Origin: an uncultured delta proteobacterium
Lineage (GTDB): Bacteria > Desulfobacterota > Desulfomonilia > Desulfomonilales > Desulfomonilaceae
DNA: 64,000 nt
NCBI GenBank assembly: GCA_963789265.1
Contig: CAWBKB010000006.1
Location: forward strand, 128,001 to 192,000
Direction of reading: 5' to 3'
The position numbers and the translations under genes were made by a program. Of this stretch, positions 40,392 to 48,935 are shown in pieces. A model generated the notes under the pieces. That model ran no database searches. It was not told the DNA's origin and saw only the letters and a list, made by a program, of their open reading frames with translations. Within the stretch, counting starts at the first letter, position 1. Every line of letters starts with the position of its first letter.

Positions 40392-41624
40392 TTGACGCAA
40401 CTCCTCGCTGTATTCGAGGTTCCGATGATCCGTGACTATCAGCATATGCCAAGCGATGCGGCTATTCAGGTACTCGCTGTCAGAGACTCGAATAACGTAG
40501 GCGACCGTTTAGCTAATCCCGCTACGTGGAAGAAGTGGAAAGCCTACTATTTCACTGGGCTTGAGCATCGCATGCTTATTTGTCCTGCTGTGTTTGCCAC
40601 AGACGAATCGCTCGTGCAACGCCCTGGACTGTACTTGAAGACAAGTCTCCCTCTTGCGGGGCTTGTATATCTTACGGGGCCGTCAGCCGAAAATTATTAT
40701 CAGACTTTTCTTGATGATCTCGCTTGGATGGCAGATTCGTACTTGTTCAAGTTTAACTCAACTCGTCCACCCTTTTATACCGAAAATGCACCGCGGTTGT
40801 ACGTGGAGCACAACAGCCTTCCGAATCACGGCCCGAGGGTCTTTGATGACGCTCGTGTTATAGCCACACAAAAGGCCAGGGACACATTAGGTCTGCTAAG
40901 CCTTCGATATACATCTAAGCTGATCGATTTCATCAAATTGAACCCGAGCGAGATCGCGGTCTCTAATTATGCCGAGACTACTCTTCTCGAAGAGATCTGC
41001 ACGCATAAGGACTTGCTTTCCGAGTCCCTGAATTACGTGGACGCCCTAGCAAACCAGAATCCACGGTTGTTGGGGGCAAGTCAACTGACTTATGGCTGGG
41101 AACCAATCACTTGTACAAAGAATTACAATCGTACAGCATTGTCATTTTACTTGGCTTCCATCAAGGAACCTATTCGGAATTTACCTGGTTCGTACATCGG
41201 GATGTTTAAGAATCTGTACAATGTGCTCGAATACCTGATGGAGCGTGAAGGGAAGCAAGCACTTAGCGCCGTTTTGCGTGACAGGGTGGGTGCCGACAGA
41301 TTGAAGGACATACTGCTCAAAATCAAGATGTCAGCTCATCCGCAGAGTTCTTTGCTTCAGTGTCTAAACACTGGCGAACGGCTCTCACAGAATTGTGCCT
41401 TACCGCCACTCTCAGAAAATGACGCTGACCTGGTGGACAAGATCGCCCACCGTTTATATACCAAACGAAATGCAGTGCTTCATTCAAAGAAAACATACGG
41501 CGGTGCGCCAGTAGAGCACAATGTACGACCTGGGGCCAGTGAGGAATCTCAGCTGGAAACAGATCTGGCCATTATGCGTCCCATTGCAGAAATTATAGTT
41601 GAGGAACTTGATCCAAACGAGTAA
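40392..41624 (+). CDS. Hypothetical protein with HEPN-like RxxxxH motif
   Basis: FKNLYNVLEY followed by LYTKRNAVLHSK; true start may be the GTG at 40361 (AAGGAG RBS) with one indel. Confidence 0.68.
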   Translation: MTQLLAVFEVPMIRDYQHMPSDAAIQVLAVRDSNNVGDRLANPATWKKWKAYYFTGLEHRMLICPAVFATDESLVQRPGLYLKTSLPLAGLVYLTGPSAENYYQTFLDDLAWMADSYLFKFNSTRPPFYTENAPRLYVEHNSLPNHGPRVFDDARVIATQKARDTLGLLSLRYTSKLIDFIKLNPSEIAVSNYAETTLLEEICTHKDLLSESLNYVDALANQNPRLLGASQLTYGWEPITCTKNYNRTALSFYLASIKEPIRNLPGSYIGMFKNLYNVLEYLMEREGKQALSAVLRDRVGADRLKDILLKIKMSAHPQSSLLQCLNTGERLSQNCALPPLSENDADLVDKIAHRLYTKRNAVLHSKKTYGGAPVEHNVRPGASEESQLETDLAIMRPIAEIIVEELDPNE

Positions 41625-41781
41625 CGCAGTACAGCGAACAGGGGTCCACCTCAATTCACCCCGTGCCATTCCCGTGACTTTTGACAGACTCATGTCCACG
41701 GACATGTCCTTGCGGTGTTCTTCATTGGTTGATTTTTCATGGGAAATGCGAAAAGACCGCTTCAGTTCTTGGGCTTTCACA

Positions 41782-41829
41782 GCCTTCACACGGCAGGGGT
41801 CGGAGGTTCAAATCCTCTCCCGCCTACCA
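41782..41829 (+). repeat. tRNA-Val(CAC) 3' fragment, att-like copy 2
   Basis: gccttcacacggcaggggtcggaggttcaaatcctctcccgcctacca; loop TTCACAC gives anticodon CAC. Confidence 0.85.
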
Positions 41830-41890
41830 AAGAACAAGAGCTAGGCCCTGTAAGCAGCAGGGTCTTTTAATAGGTGACTCTACCCTCCCT

Positions 41891-42118
41891 TTACTTTAAA
41901 AGCTTCTCAAATTCTTCTCGTGTCATGTCACAATCATTGATTATTTTGGTCAACAAACCAGGACCGATTGTTTCACCCACATGAACGGGCACCACGGTGC
42001 CACGCCCATCAGCATGCCTCAAGAAGTGATGACTACCCCTGATCCGGGACACGTTGAATCCAGCTTTTCCGGGTGCAGCAACAACGGTCTTCCCATCGAC
42101 GCGTGGAAGGCGGCTCAT
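41891..42118 (-). CDS. hicA: HicA family toxin
   Basis: AGF..RIRGSHHFLRH.DGR..VVPVH..IGPGLL. Confidence 0.9.
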   Translation of the reverse strand: MSRLPRVDGKTVVAAPGKAGFNVSRIRGSHHFLRHADGRGTVVPVHVGETIGPGLLTKIINDCDMTREEFEKLLK

Positions 42119-42339
42119 GATTCTACCGTGACTCGTTGAACCCCGACAAACTGAGAAGCGGATAGGGGAGGTCCTTGTTCTTCGAGCCACAGATCGATGG
42201 CTTCCCTGATCCTCTCCATAAGCGTATCCAGTGACTTGGCCTGGGTATGACAGCCCCGGAGTTCGGGAACAGTGGCCACGTAGAATCCCTCCTCGTCACG
42301 TTCAACAATCACGTTGAAAGCTATTTCCATCGGTTGCAT
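42115..42339 (-). CDS. hicB: HicB family antitoxin (short, no DNA-binding domain)
   Basis: VERDEEGFYVATVPELRGCHTQA..IREAIDL; ATGA overlap with hicA. Confidence 0.9.
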   Translation of the reverse strand: MQPMEIAFNVIVERDEEGFYVATVPELRGCHTQAKSLDTLMERIREAIDLWLEEQGPPLSASQFVGVQRVTVES

Positions 42340-42578
42340 TCCCCTTTTCTTTGAGGATTGATGGCCATGACCATTCTACCATAGAAAGCCAAAGAGACCT
42401 CGCTATTCTCGCCCGCAACTCTGGAGTCCGGCACTGGCCAAGAAAAAGGGGGTCAAAAAGGGGTCAAGTCTACTCTTAGCTCATGTCGGAGAATCGCTGG
42501 GCTGGTCGGCGGCGTGAAATGAGCGAAGAGCGGGCCTGACTCCAACCTCCAGTATTTTCTGCCAATGTGGGATCTGAG

Positions 42579-42635
42579 GACACCTTACTTAATTGGTGGA
42601 TCGTAGCTCGAATTACGTACGGTGTCCCCGGAATT
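42579..42635 (+). repeat. 57-bp palindromic direct repeat R1
   Basis: gacaccttacttaatt..gaattacgtacggtgtccccggaatt; 49/57 identical to R2. Confidence 0.85.
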
Positions 42636-42721
42636 TTCCCGGAATTGGGATTGAAACTTTCTTCTTGACTTAGGCTCATTGTGCTTATAAACATACCAGT
42701 ATGCTACTAGGGAGGTGCGCC

Positions 42722-43360
42722 ATGGTCGCGGGATTCGGAGCTAAGGTGGTCAAAGATATAACCGGCGTGTCCCGGATGCAGCTCCAGCACTGGGACAGGA
42801 CGGGCATCGTTCGGCCCTCTATCAAAATTGGAGCCGGAAAAGGATCGAGGAGACAATACTCGTTCAAGGACTTGGTTCAGCTCAAGGTAGCCAAGCGGCT
42901 CAGGGAGGAAGGAATCAGCCTCCAGAAGATCAGAAAAGCACTGGAATACCTGAGAAAGAATTTCCCCGACGTGAAAGCTCCTTTGGCGGAACTCCGGTTC
43001 CTTACTAATGGCGTGGACATCTTCGTCTTGACCGAAGACACCAAGGTCATCCTGGATGCCTTGAAGGGACAGTTTGTATTCTCTTTCGCTCTCGGAGAGC
43101 TTATCGACAGGCTCAAAGGGGCAATCAAAGATTTGGAGATCCCCATAGAAGAGAAGGTGTTTGTAGGGAAAAGAGAGTTCACGGCAATTCTGAGGCCCGA
43201 TCTCGAAGATGGAGGATACACCGTAGCCTGTAAGGAGATCCAGGCAGCGATTTCTCAGGGGGAAACTATACAGGAAGCCCTGGACAATATCAGAGATGCC
43301 ATCGAGCTTTGTCTTGAGGCTGAGGCGGAAATGAGGGGTGACAGAGCCCAGGCAGGATGA
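42722..43360 (+). CDS. MerR-family HTH fused to a HicB-like antitoxin domain
   Basis: N-terminal TGVSRMQLQHWD..RQYSFKDL..GISLQKI; C-terminal DGGYTV..AISQGETIQEALDNIRDAIELCL; GGAGG RBS. Confidence 0.85.
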   Translation: MVAGFGAKVVKDITGVSRMQLQHWDRTGIVRPSIKIGAGKGSRRQYSFKDLVQLKVAKRLREEGISLQKIRKALEYLRKNFPDVKAPLAELRFLTNGVDIFVLTEDTKVILDALKGQFVFSFALGELIDRLKGAIKDLEIPIEEKVFVGKREFTAILRPDLEDGGYTVACKEIQAAISQGETIQEALDNIRDAIELCLEAEAEMRGDRAQAG

Positions 43361-43557
43361 ACCTTACCGCCAAACAGATGAAGAAGGTTGCCCTGAAACT
43401 CGGCTACCGGGTGAAAGAAGGAAAGAAGCACCTGCTGGTTTATGGCGAATCAGGGCTGGTGACAACTATCCCCAGGGGGCGAATAAAGGCGGGAACATTG
43501 GCAGCAATACTCAGCCAGATGAGCATCGGCAAAGATGAACTGGCCAACTTACTCTGA
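43357..43557 (+). CDS. hicA: HicA-like toxin
   Basis: 66 aa; KLGY..EGKKH..TTIP..IKAGTLAAILSQ; ATGA overlap with the upstream gene. Confidence 0.78.
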   Translation: MNLTAKQMKKVALKLGYRVKEGKKHLLVYGESGLVTTIPRGRIKAGTLAAILSQMSIGKDELANLL

Positions 43558-43563
43558 TTTGGC

Positions 43564-43620
43564 GACACTTTACTTAATTCGCGGGTCGCAGCTCGAATTG
43601 CGTGTGGTGTCCCCGGAATT
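43564..43620 (+). repeat. 57-bp palindromic direct repeat R2
   Basis: gacactttacttaattcg..cgaattgcgtgtggtgtccccggaatt; starts 6 bp after the hicA stop. Confidence 0.85.
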
Positions 43621-43882
43621 CACCGGCCGAGACCTGAGCCGCGGGCGACCTGAAATGCCGAAGCGCTCCTGTGAAAAAAGCTATTGTGTGCCCCGAATAC
43701 GCACAGAGGCCACGGGAAACTTTTTATGTGCTCGGTCGTCTAAACGTGGTATTTAAGATATAGGACTATAATAGTGTGCGTACGACCCATATTGGCCTCG
43801 GGCTCATGAATACTCAAAGTTTTTATGCAAATTAAGACTTTTTGACTCAAAGATTAGAGACCATTGAGACGTTGGGGGACAA

Positions 43883-44809
43883 ATGAACAGAAAGAAATAT
43901 TTCGTTTTTGTCGGCTTGTCATCCCTATGTGCCGTGACTCTCCTCGGAGGTTGCAGCACAATACTCTTGTTCGACCCCAAAGGACCGATCGGCGAGTCGG
44001 AGCGATTCGTCATCATTGCGGCCATCGTGCTCATGATGATCGTTGTTATTCCCGTCTTCATCATGGCTTTCTGGTTTCCCCTAAAGTACAGAGCTTCCAA
44101 TACCGAATCGACTTACATGCCGAAATGGAGTCATTCCGCTAAAATCGATGTCTTCATGTGGGGGGTTCCCGTTGCCATTGTCACGGTTCTTGCGATTCTG
44201 GCCTGGACCACGACTCATTCTCTGGATCCTTATAAGCCTATCCATTCGACCGACGATCCCGTCAACATCGAAGCCGTATCCCTGGATTGGAAATGGCTCT
44301 TTATCTACCCCGATCGAAATATCGCGACCGTCAATCAAATCACTTTTCCCGTCAATGTTCCGGTCAGCTTCAAACTCACCTCGGATACCGTAATGACATC
44401 CTTCTTCATCCCGCAACTGGGCAGCCAAATTTACGCCATGGCAGGCATGCAAACCCGGTTGCACCTTCTGGCTGACAAACCGGGGACTTATGCCGGTCAA
44501 AATCAGCAGATAAGCGGTCGCGGTTACGCTGACATGCATTTCAAGGCGAATGCGGTTTCCATGGAAGAGTTTGAATCGTGGGTGCAAAAGGTCAGACAAT
44601 CTCAGGAAAAGCTTGATCTGGACCGATATGAGAAGCTCGCTAAACCGAGCCTCGGCTATTACCCCGTGACCTATTTCTCTTCAGTCAGGCCCGGTCTGTT
44701 TGAGTATATTCTGCGTAAATTCGATCCGAATTGGGGCAAGAATCCCGGTCGTATGAGCAGAGGACCCGTTTCCACACACGCAAGAACCGACGTTTCAGAG
44801 GAAAATTGA
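43883..44809 (+). CDS. cyoA: Cytochrome bo3 quinol oxidase subunit II
   Basis: Lipobox [13 protein letters not shown] and [17 protein letters not shown]; no CuA Cys ligands. Confidence 0.95.
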   Translation: MNRKKYFVFVGLSSLCAVTLLGGCSTILLFDPKGPIGESERFVIIAAIVLMMIVVIPVFIMAFWFPLKYRASNTESTYMPKWSHSAKIDVFMWGVPVAIVTVLAILAWTTTHSLDPYKPIHSTDDPVNIEAVSLDWKWLFIYPDRNIATVNQITFPVNVPVSFKLTSDTVMTSFFIPQLGSQIYAMAGMQTRLHLLADKPGTYAGQNQQISGRGYADMHFKANAVSMEEFESWVQKVRQSQEKLDLDRYEKLAKPSLGYYPVTYFSSVRPGLFEYILRKFDPNWGKNPGRMSRGPVSTHARTDVSEEN

Positions 44810-44810
44810 T

Positions 44811-46790
44811 ATGTTTGGAAAGTTAAGCCTTTCAGCGATTCCGTTTGACCAACCGGTCACGATAACTTCCGTGGCTGGTGCGGTTCTCCTGGGCCTGGTG
44901 ATCCTGGGCTTGATCACTTATTACAGAAAGTGGACCTACCTTTATAAAGAATGGCTTACCAGCCTGGACCACAAGAATATTGGCATCATGTACATTATCC
45001 TCGCATTGGTCATGCTGCTGCGCGGATTCGCCGATGCCATTCTGATGCGCTCTCAGCAGGCCATTGCCTCGGGCGGCTCTCTTGGCTATCTGACCCCTGA
45101 CCACTTCAATCAGATATTCAGCGCTCACGGCTCGATCATGATCATCTTCATGGCCATGCCGTTTCTGGTCGGGTTGATGAATATCGTTGTGCCGCAGCAA
45201 ATAGGTGCACGCGATGTAGCTTTTCCCTTTATGAATTCGCTCAGTCTCTGGCTAACCGCAGCCGGGGCGTTGCTTGTCATGGTATCTTTGGGTGTAGGTG
45301 AGTTTTCCAAAGCCGGATGGTCGGGATATACCCCGCTGACTGAACTGAGGTACAGCCCCGGCGTAGGGGTGGACTATTGGATATGGTCCTTCCAGATCGC
45401 AGGTATCGGCTCAACCATGACTGGTATTAATTTTCTCGTCACCATCATGACAATGCGAGCTCCCGGAATGAAGCTCATGCGAATGCCGTTGTTTGTTTGG
45501 ACCTCTTTTTTCACCATGGTGCTCGTGGTTTGGGCATTTCCCGTTCTGACGGCCGCTCTCGGCATGATAACACTCGATCGTTACCTGGGCATGCATTTTT
45601 TCACCAACACGCTCGGCGGTAATATGATGATGTATGCCAACCTGTTCTGGACCTGGGGGCACCCCGAGGTTTATATCCTCATCCTGCCGGCTTTCGGGAT
45701 CTTTTCGGAGGTCGTCGCCACATTCTCCGGAAAACGGCTGTTCGGCTATACATCCATGGTCTATGCCACGGCAGTCATCACGGTGCTGTCCTTTTCCGTC
45801 TGGGTGCACCATTTTTTCACCATGGGCGCCAGCGCGAACGTCAACCTCTTTTTCGGGATTGCAACCATGATGATTGCCATCCCCACCGGGGTAAAGACCT
45901 TCAACTGGCTTTTCACCATGTATCGTGGCCGCATAAGGTTTACTACGCCGATGTACTGGACCCTGGGGGCCATCGTGACCTTCGCTATCGGCGGGTCTTC
46001 AGGCGTACTGATGTCTGTACCACCCGCTGATTACGTGCTCCACAACAGCCTGTTTCTGATCGCTCATTTCCACAATACAATTATCCCCGGTGCTGTGTTC
46101 GGCTTTTTTGCAGGTTATTATTACTGGTTCCCAAAGGCCGTTGGCTTTCGTTTGAAGGAAAATTGGGGCAAACGCGCATTCTGGTGTTGGCTGATCGGCT
46201 TTTATCTTGCCTTTATGCCCCTATATGTACTGGGCTTTATGGGCATGCCCCGCCGTATGGCGCATTATGCCACCCCGGCCTGGCATCCCTATCTGCTCGT
46301 AGCCGCATTGGGTGTGGCCGTGATCCTGCTCGGCATCTTCTTTCAGGCAATTCAATTGCTGGTCAGCATTAAGGAGCGCCGTGCCCTGGGCGATCCGACC
46401 GGAGATCCCTGGGACGGCCGCACTTTGGAGTGGATGACGTCTTCTCCTCCCGCGGTCTACAATTTCCCGAAAATACCCGTCGTAGATGATATCGATGCCT
46501 TTGTGGATGTTAAGGAAAAAGGCGACGCATATAAGCGGCCGGATCGATATAACGACATCGAGATGCCGAAAAACGCGCCTCACGGCCTCATCATAGGCGG
46601 ACTGGCCTTCGTGTTCGGATTTGCCATGATCTGGCATATCTGGTGGCTGGCCATACTGGCCGCTCTGGGTATGCTTTTCACGGTCATTGCCCGCTCATGG
46701 GACGACGACATCCATTATGTCATTCCCGCCGCCGAGGTCGAGCGCATCGAAAATGAACGCTATCGACTGTTGGCCGCCGTCGCGAAATAA
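44811..46790 (+). CDS. cyoB: Cytochrome bo3 quinol oxidase subunit I
   Basis: [29 protein letters not shown] and AHFH motifs. Confidence 0.96.
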   Translation: MFGKLSLSAIPFDQPVTITSVAGAVLLGLVILGLITYYRKWTYLYKEWLTSLDHKNIGIMYIILALVMLLRGFADAILMRSQQAIASGGSLGYLTPDHFNQIFSAHGSIMIIFMAMPFLVGLMNIVVPQQIGARDVAFPFMNSLSLWLTAAGALLVMVSLGVGEFSKAGWSGYTPLTELRYSPGVGVDYWIWSFQIAGIGSTMTGINFLVTIMTMRAPGMKLMRMPLFVWTSFFTMVLVVWAFPVLTAALGMITLDRYLGMHFFTNTLGGNMMMYANLFWTWGHPEVYILILPAFGIFSEVVATFSGKRLFGYTSMVYATAVITVLSFSVWVHHFFTMGASANVNLFFGIATMMIAIPTGVKTFNWLFTMYRGRIRFTTPMYWTLGAIVTFAIGGSSGVLMSVPPADYVLHNSLFLIAHFHNTIIPGAVFGFFAGYYYWFPKAVGFRLKENWGKRAFWCWLIGFYLAFMPLYVLGFMGMPRRMAHYATPAWHPYLLVAALGVAVILLGIFFQAIQLLVSIKERRALGDPTGDPWDGRTLEWMTSSPPAVYNFPKIPVVDDIDAFVDVKEKGDAYKRPDRYNDIEMPKNAPHGLIIGGLAFVFGFAMIWHIWWLAILAALGMLFTVIARSWDDDIHYVIPAAEVERIENERYRLLAAVAK

Positions 46791-46838
46791 CACCCCGCAG
46801 ACGAACAGACTATTCCAGAACCTGTAGCGGAGATTTAA

Positions 46839-47456
46839 GTGATGACAACTGACGCTTTGACCATCGGTACCGCTTATATCGAAGAGGTTGAACACCACGA
46901 TACCGTCGCGATTCAGACATTCGGTTTCTGGATCTATCTTATGAGCGACCTCATCTTATTTTCGACGCTCTTCGCCACCTTTGCCGTCCTGGGCCGCAAT
47001 TATGCCGGCGGACCGACCGGGAAGGAATTGTTCGAACTGCCTTACGTGTTGGGTGAAACCTTGCTCCTGCTGTTCAGCAGCGTTACCTACGGCCTGGTCA
47101 TGCTGGCCGTTCACAACGGCATGAAGAAGTGGGTTCTGATCGGACTCGCCGTTACCTTTCTGCTGGGGCTTGGATTTGTCTTCATGGAAATCAATGAATT
47201 CCACGGCATGATCGCCGCGGGCCACGGACCGGACGTTAGCGCCTTCCTTTCGAGTTATTTCACCCTGGTCGGGACTCACGGTACTCATGTGACTTTCGGG
47301 CTGATCTGGATGGCGATCATGATAGGTCAGGTGGCCGTCAAAGGGTTGACCTCATCCGTTCAATCACGGCTGATGCGTCTGAGTATGTTCTGGCATTTTC
47401 TGGATATCATCTGGATCGGCATATTCAGTATCGTCTACCTGATGGGAGTTATGTAA
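46839..47456 (+). CDS. cyoC: Cytochrome bo3 quinol oxidase subunit III
   Basis: [18 protein letters not shown] and FWHFLD motifs. Confidence 0.95.
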   Translation: MMTTDALTIGTAYIEEVEHHDTVAIQTFGFWIYLMSDLILFSTLFATFAVLGRNYAGGPTGKELFELPYVLGETLLLLFSSVTYGLVMLAVHNGMKKWVLIGLAVTFLLGLGFVFMEINEFHGMIAAGHGPDVSAFLSSYFTLVGTHGTHVTFGLIWMAIMIGQVAVKGLTSSVQSRLMRLSMFWHFLDIIWIGIFSIVYLMGVM

Positions 47457-47783
47457 ATGAGTCAAGCATCTATCGACGGCATCGGCGTAAGCAGGGGAAG
47501 TCTCAAATCATACCTCACCGGGTTCGCTCTTTCCCTCATTCTGACCGCCATTCCGTTTGCTTTGGTTATGAGCGGTACCTTGTCCTCCTCGGCAATCCTG
47601 GCCGGCATATTCAGTGCGGGCATCGTGCAGATTCTGGTGCATTTGCATTACTTCCTGCATCTGGACACTTCATCGGCGGCGCGTTGGAACGTGCTGGCCA
47701 TGATATTCACTTTATTGATTATGGTCCTCTTCGTCGGAGGAACCCTCTGGATCATGTATACCCTGAATTACCGAATGATGTGA
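47457..47783 (+). CDS. cyoD: Cytochrome bo3 quinol oxidase subunit IV
   Basis: [16 protein letters not shown] and [11 protein letters not shown] motifs. Confidence 0.94.
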   Translation: MSQASIDGIGVSRGSLKSYLTGFALSLILTAIPFALVMSGTLSSSAILAGIFSAGIVQILVHLHYFLHLDTSSAARWNVLAMIFTLLIMVLFVGGTLWIMYTLNYRMM

Positions 47784-47785
47784 GA

Positions 47786-48685
47786 ATGCCTGAAACGATC
47801 AAGAACTATTTGCTCGTTGCCAAACCGGGGATCGTCTTCGGCAACCTGATCTCCGCGGCAGCCGGCTTTTTGCTTGCCTCCAAGGGGCGGGTTGATGGCG
47901 CTGCTCTCCCGGCGACTCTCATCGGCATATCCCTGGTTGTCGCCTCCGGTTGCGTTTTTAACAACTGTGTCGATAGAAAAATAGATCGAAAAATGAACCG
48001 GACACGCAACCGCGCCCTTGCCAAGGGGCTCATCTCACTCAATATCGCCGTGGCCTACGCAACGATGTTGGGCATTGCGGGCCTGGCGCTGCTCTGTGCG
48101 GCAACAAACCTGCTGGCTGTTGTAATCGTGCTGGCGGGTCTTGTGATTTATGTGGGCGTTTACAGCCTGTACATGAAGCGCAATTCTGTGTACGGCGCGT
48201 TGATAGGCAGTCTGGCAGGAGCCTCACCGCCCGTTGCGGGATATTGCGCAGTCACCGGTCGCTTCGACATTGGAGCAGTTATATTGTTGTCGATCTTCAG
48301 CCTATGGCAGATGGCTCACTGCTACGCCATCGCTATTTTTCGGTTTGACGATTACACTGCTGCGGCCATCCCGGTTCTGCCGGTCAAGCAGGGAACAACC
48401 GCGGCAAAAAAGCATATTGTCGGATATATCCTGGCCTTTACGGCTGCCACGCTGATGCTGACCTTCGGGGGGTACACAGGTTACCGCACTTTTGCAGTGG
48501 CGACCGTGTTGGGCGTGTCCTGGCTGTATATGGCCTGGTCGGGCTACGAGGCATCCGATAAGCGGCTTTGGGCCAAAAAGCTTTATATCTTCTCCATTCT
48601 GACCATATTCGTTCTGAGCGTCATGATCTCAATCGATTTCACCACGCCTGTCCCGTCAGGAATGCTTCTGACCTATGCTCCGTAG
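47786..48685 (+). CDS. cyoE: Heme o synthase (protoheme IX farnesyltransferase)
   Basis: [22 protein letters not shown] and WQMAH..AI motifs. Confidence 0.94.
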   Translation: MPETIKNYLLVAKPGIVFGNLISAAAGFLLASKGRVDGAALPATLIGISLVVASGCVFNNCVDRKIDRKMNRTRNRALAKGLISLNIAVAYATMLGIAGLALLCAATNLLAVVIVLAGLVIYVGVYSLYMKRNSVYGALIGSLAGASPPVAGYCAVTGRFDIGAVILLSIFSLWQMAHCYAIAIFRFDDYTAAAIPVLPVKQGTTAAKKHIVGYILAFTAATLMLTFGGYTGYRTFAVATVLGVSWLYMAWSGYEASDKRLWAKKLYIFSILTIFVLSVMISIDFTTPVPSGMLLTYAP

Positions 48686-48701
48686 CCAAACCACCCTATT
48701 T

Positions 48702-48935
48702 ATACCGATTCGCTTTCAAACAAGTGACATCGTGTTTTCGGTAGGGGCGGGTTTCAAACCCGCCCCTACATGTCGTCATGCCCGTGTACGCGGGCATCTG
48801 TAGGGGCGAATGGCATTCGCCCTGGGCGACCACCGGTCGCCCCTACAGTCCCCCGATCGAAGTCCGGAGTGATCCCGCGGGATGCCCCACCATATCCTCG
48901 GGGGGATTGTCACTTGTTTGATGGCGCACTGGTAT
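48702..48935. mobile_element. About 235-bp MITE-like element (copy of 11159-11409)
   Basis: Same ATACC..tcaaacaagtgaca ends and gtaggggc internal units. Confidence 0.8.

Noticed and set aside
34858..41829. Functional tRNA-Val genes
   Set aside because: Both copies lack the 5' acceptor strand and D arm
42579..43620. CRISPR repeats or integron attC sites
   Set aside because: Only two full copies about 1 kb apart, with no cas or intI gene and no attC core ends
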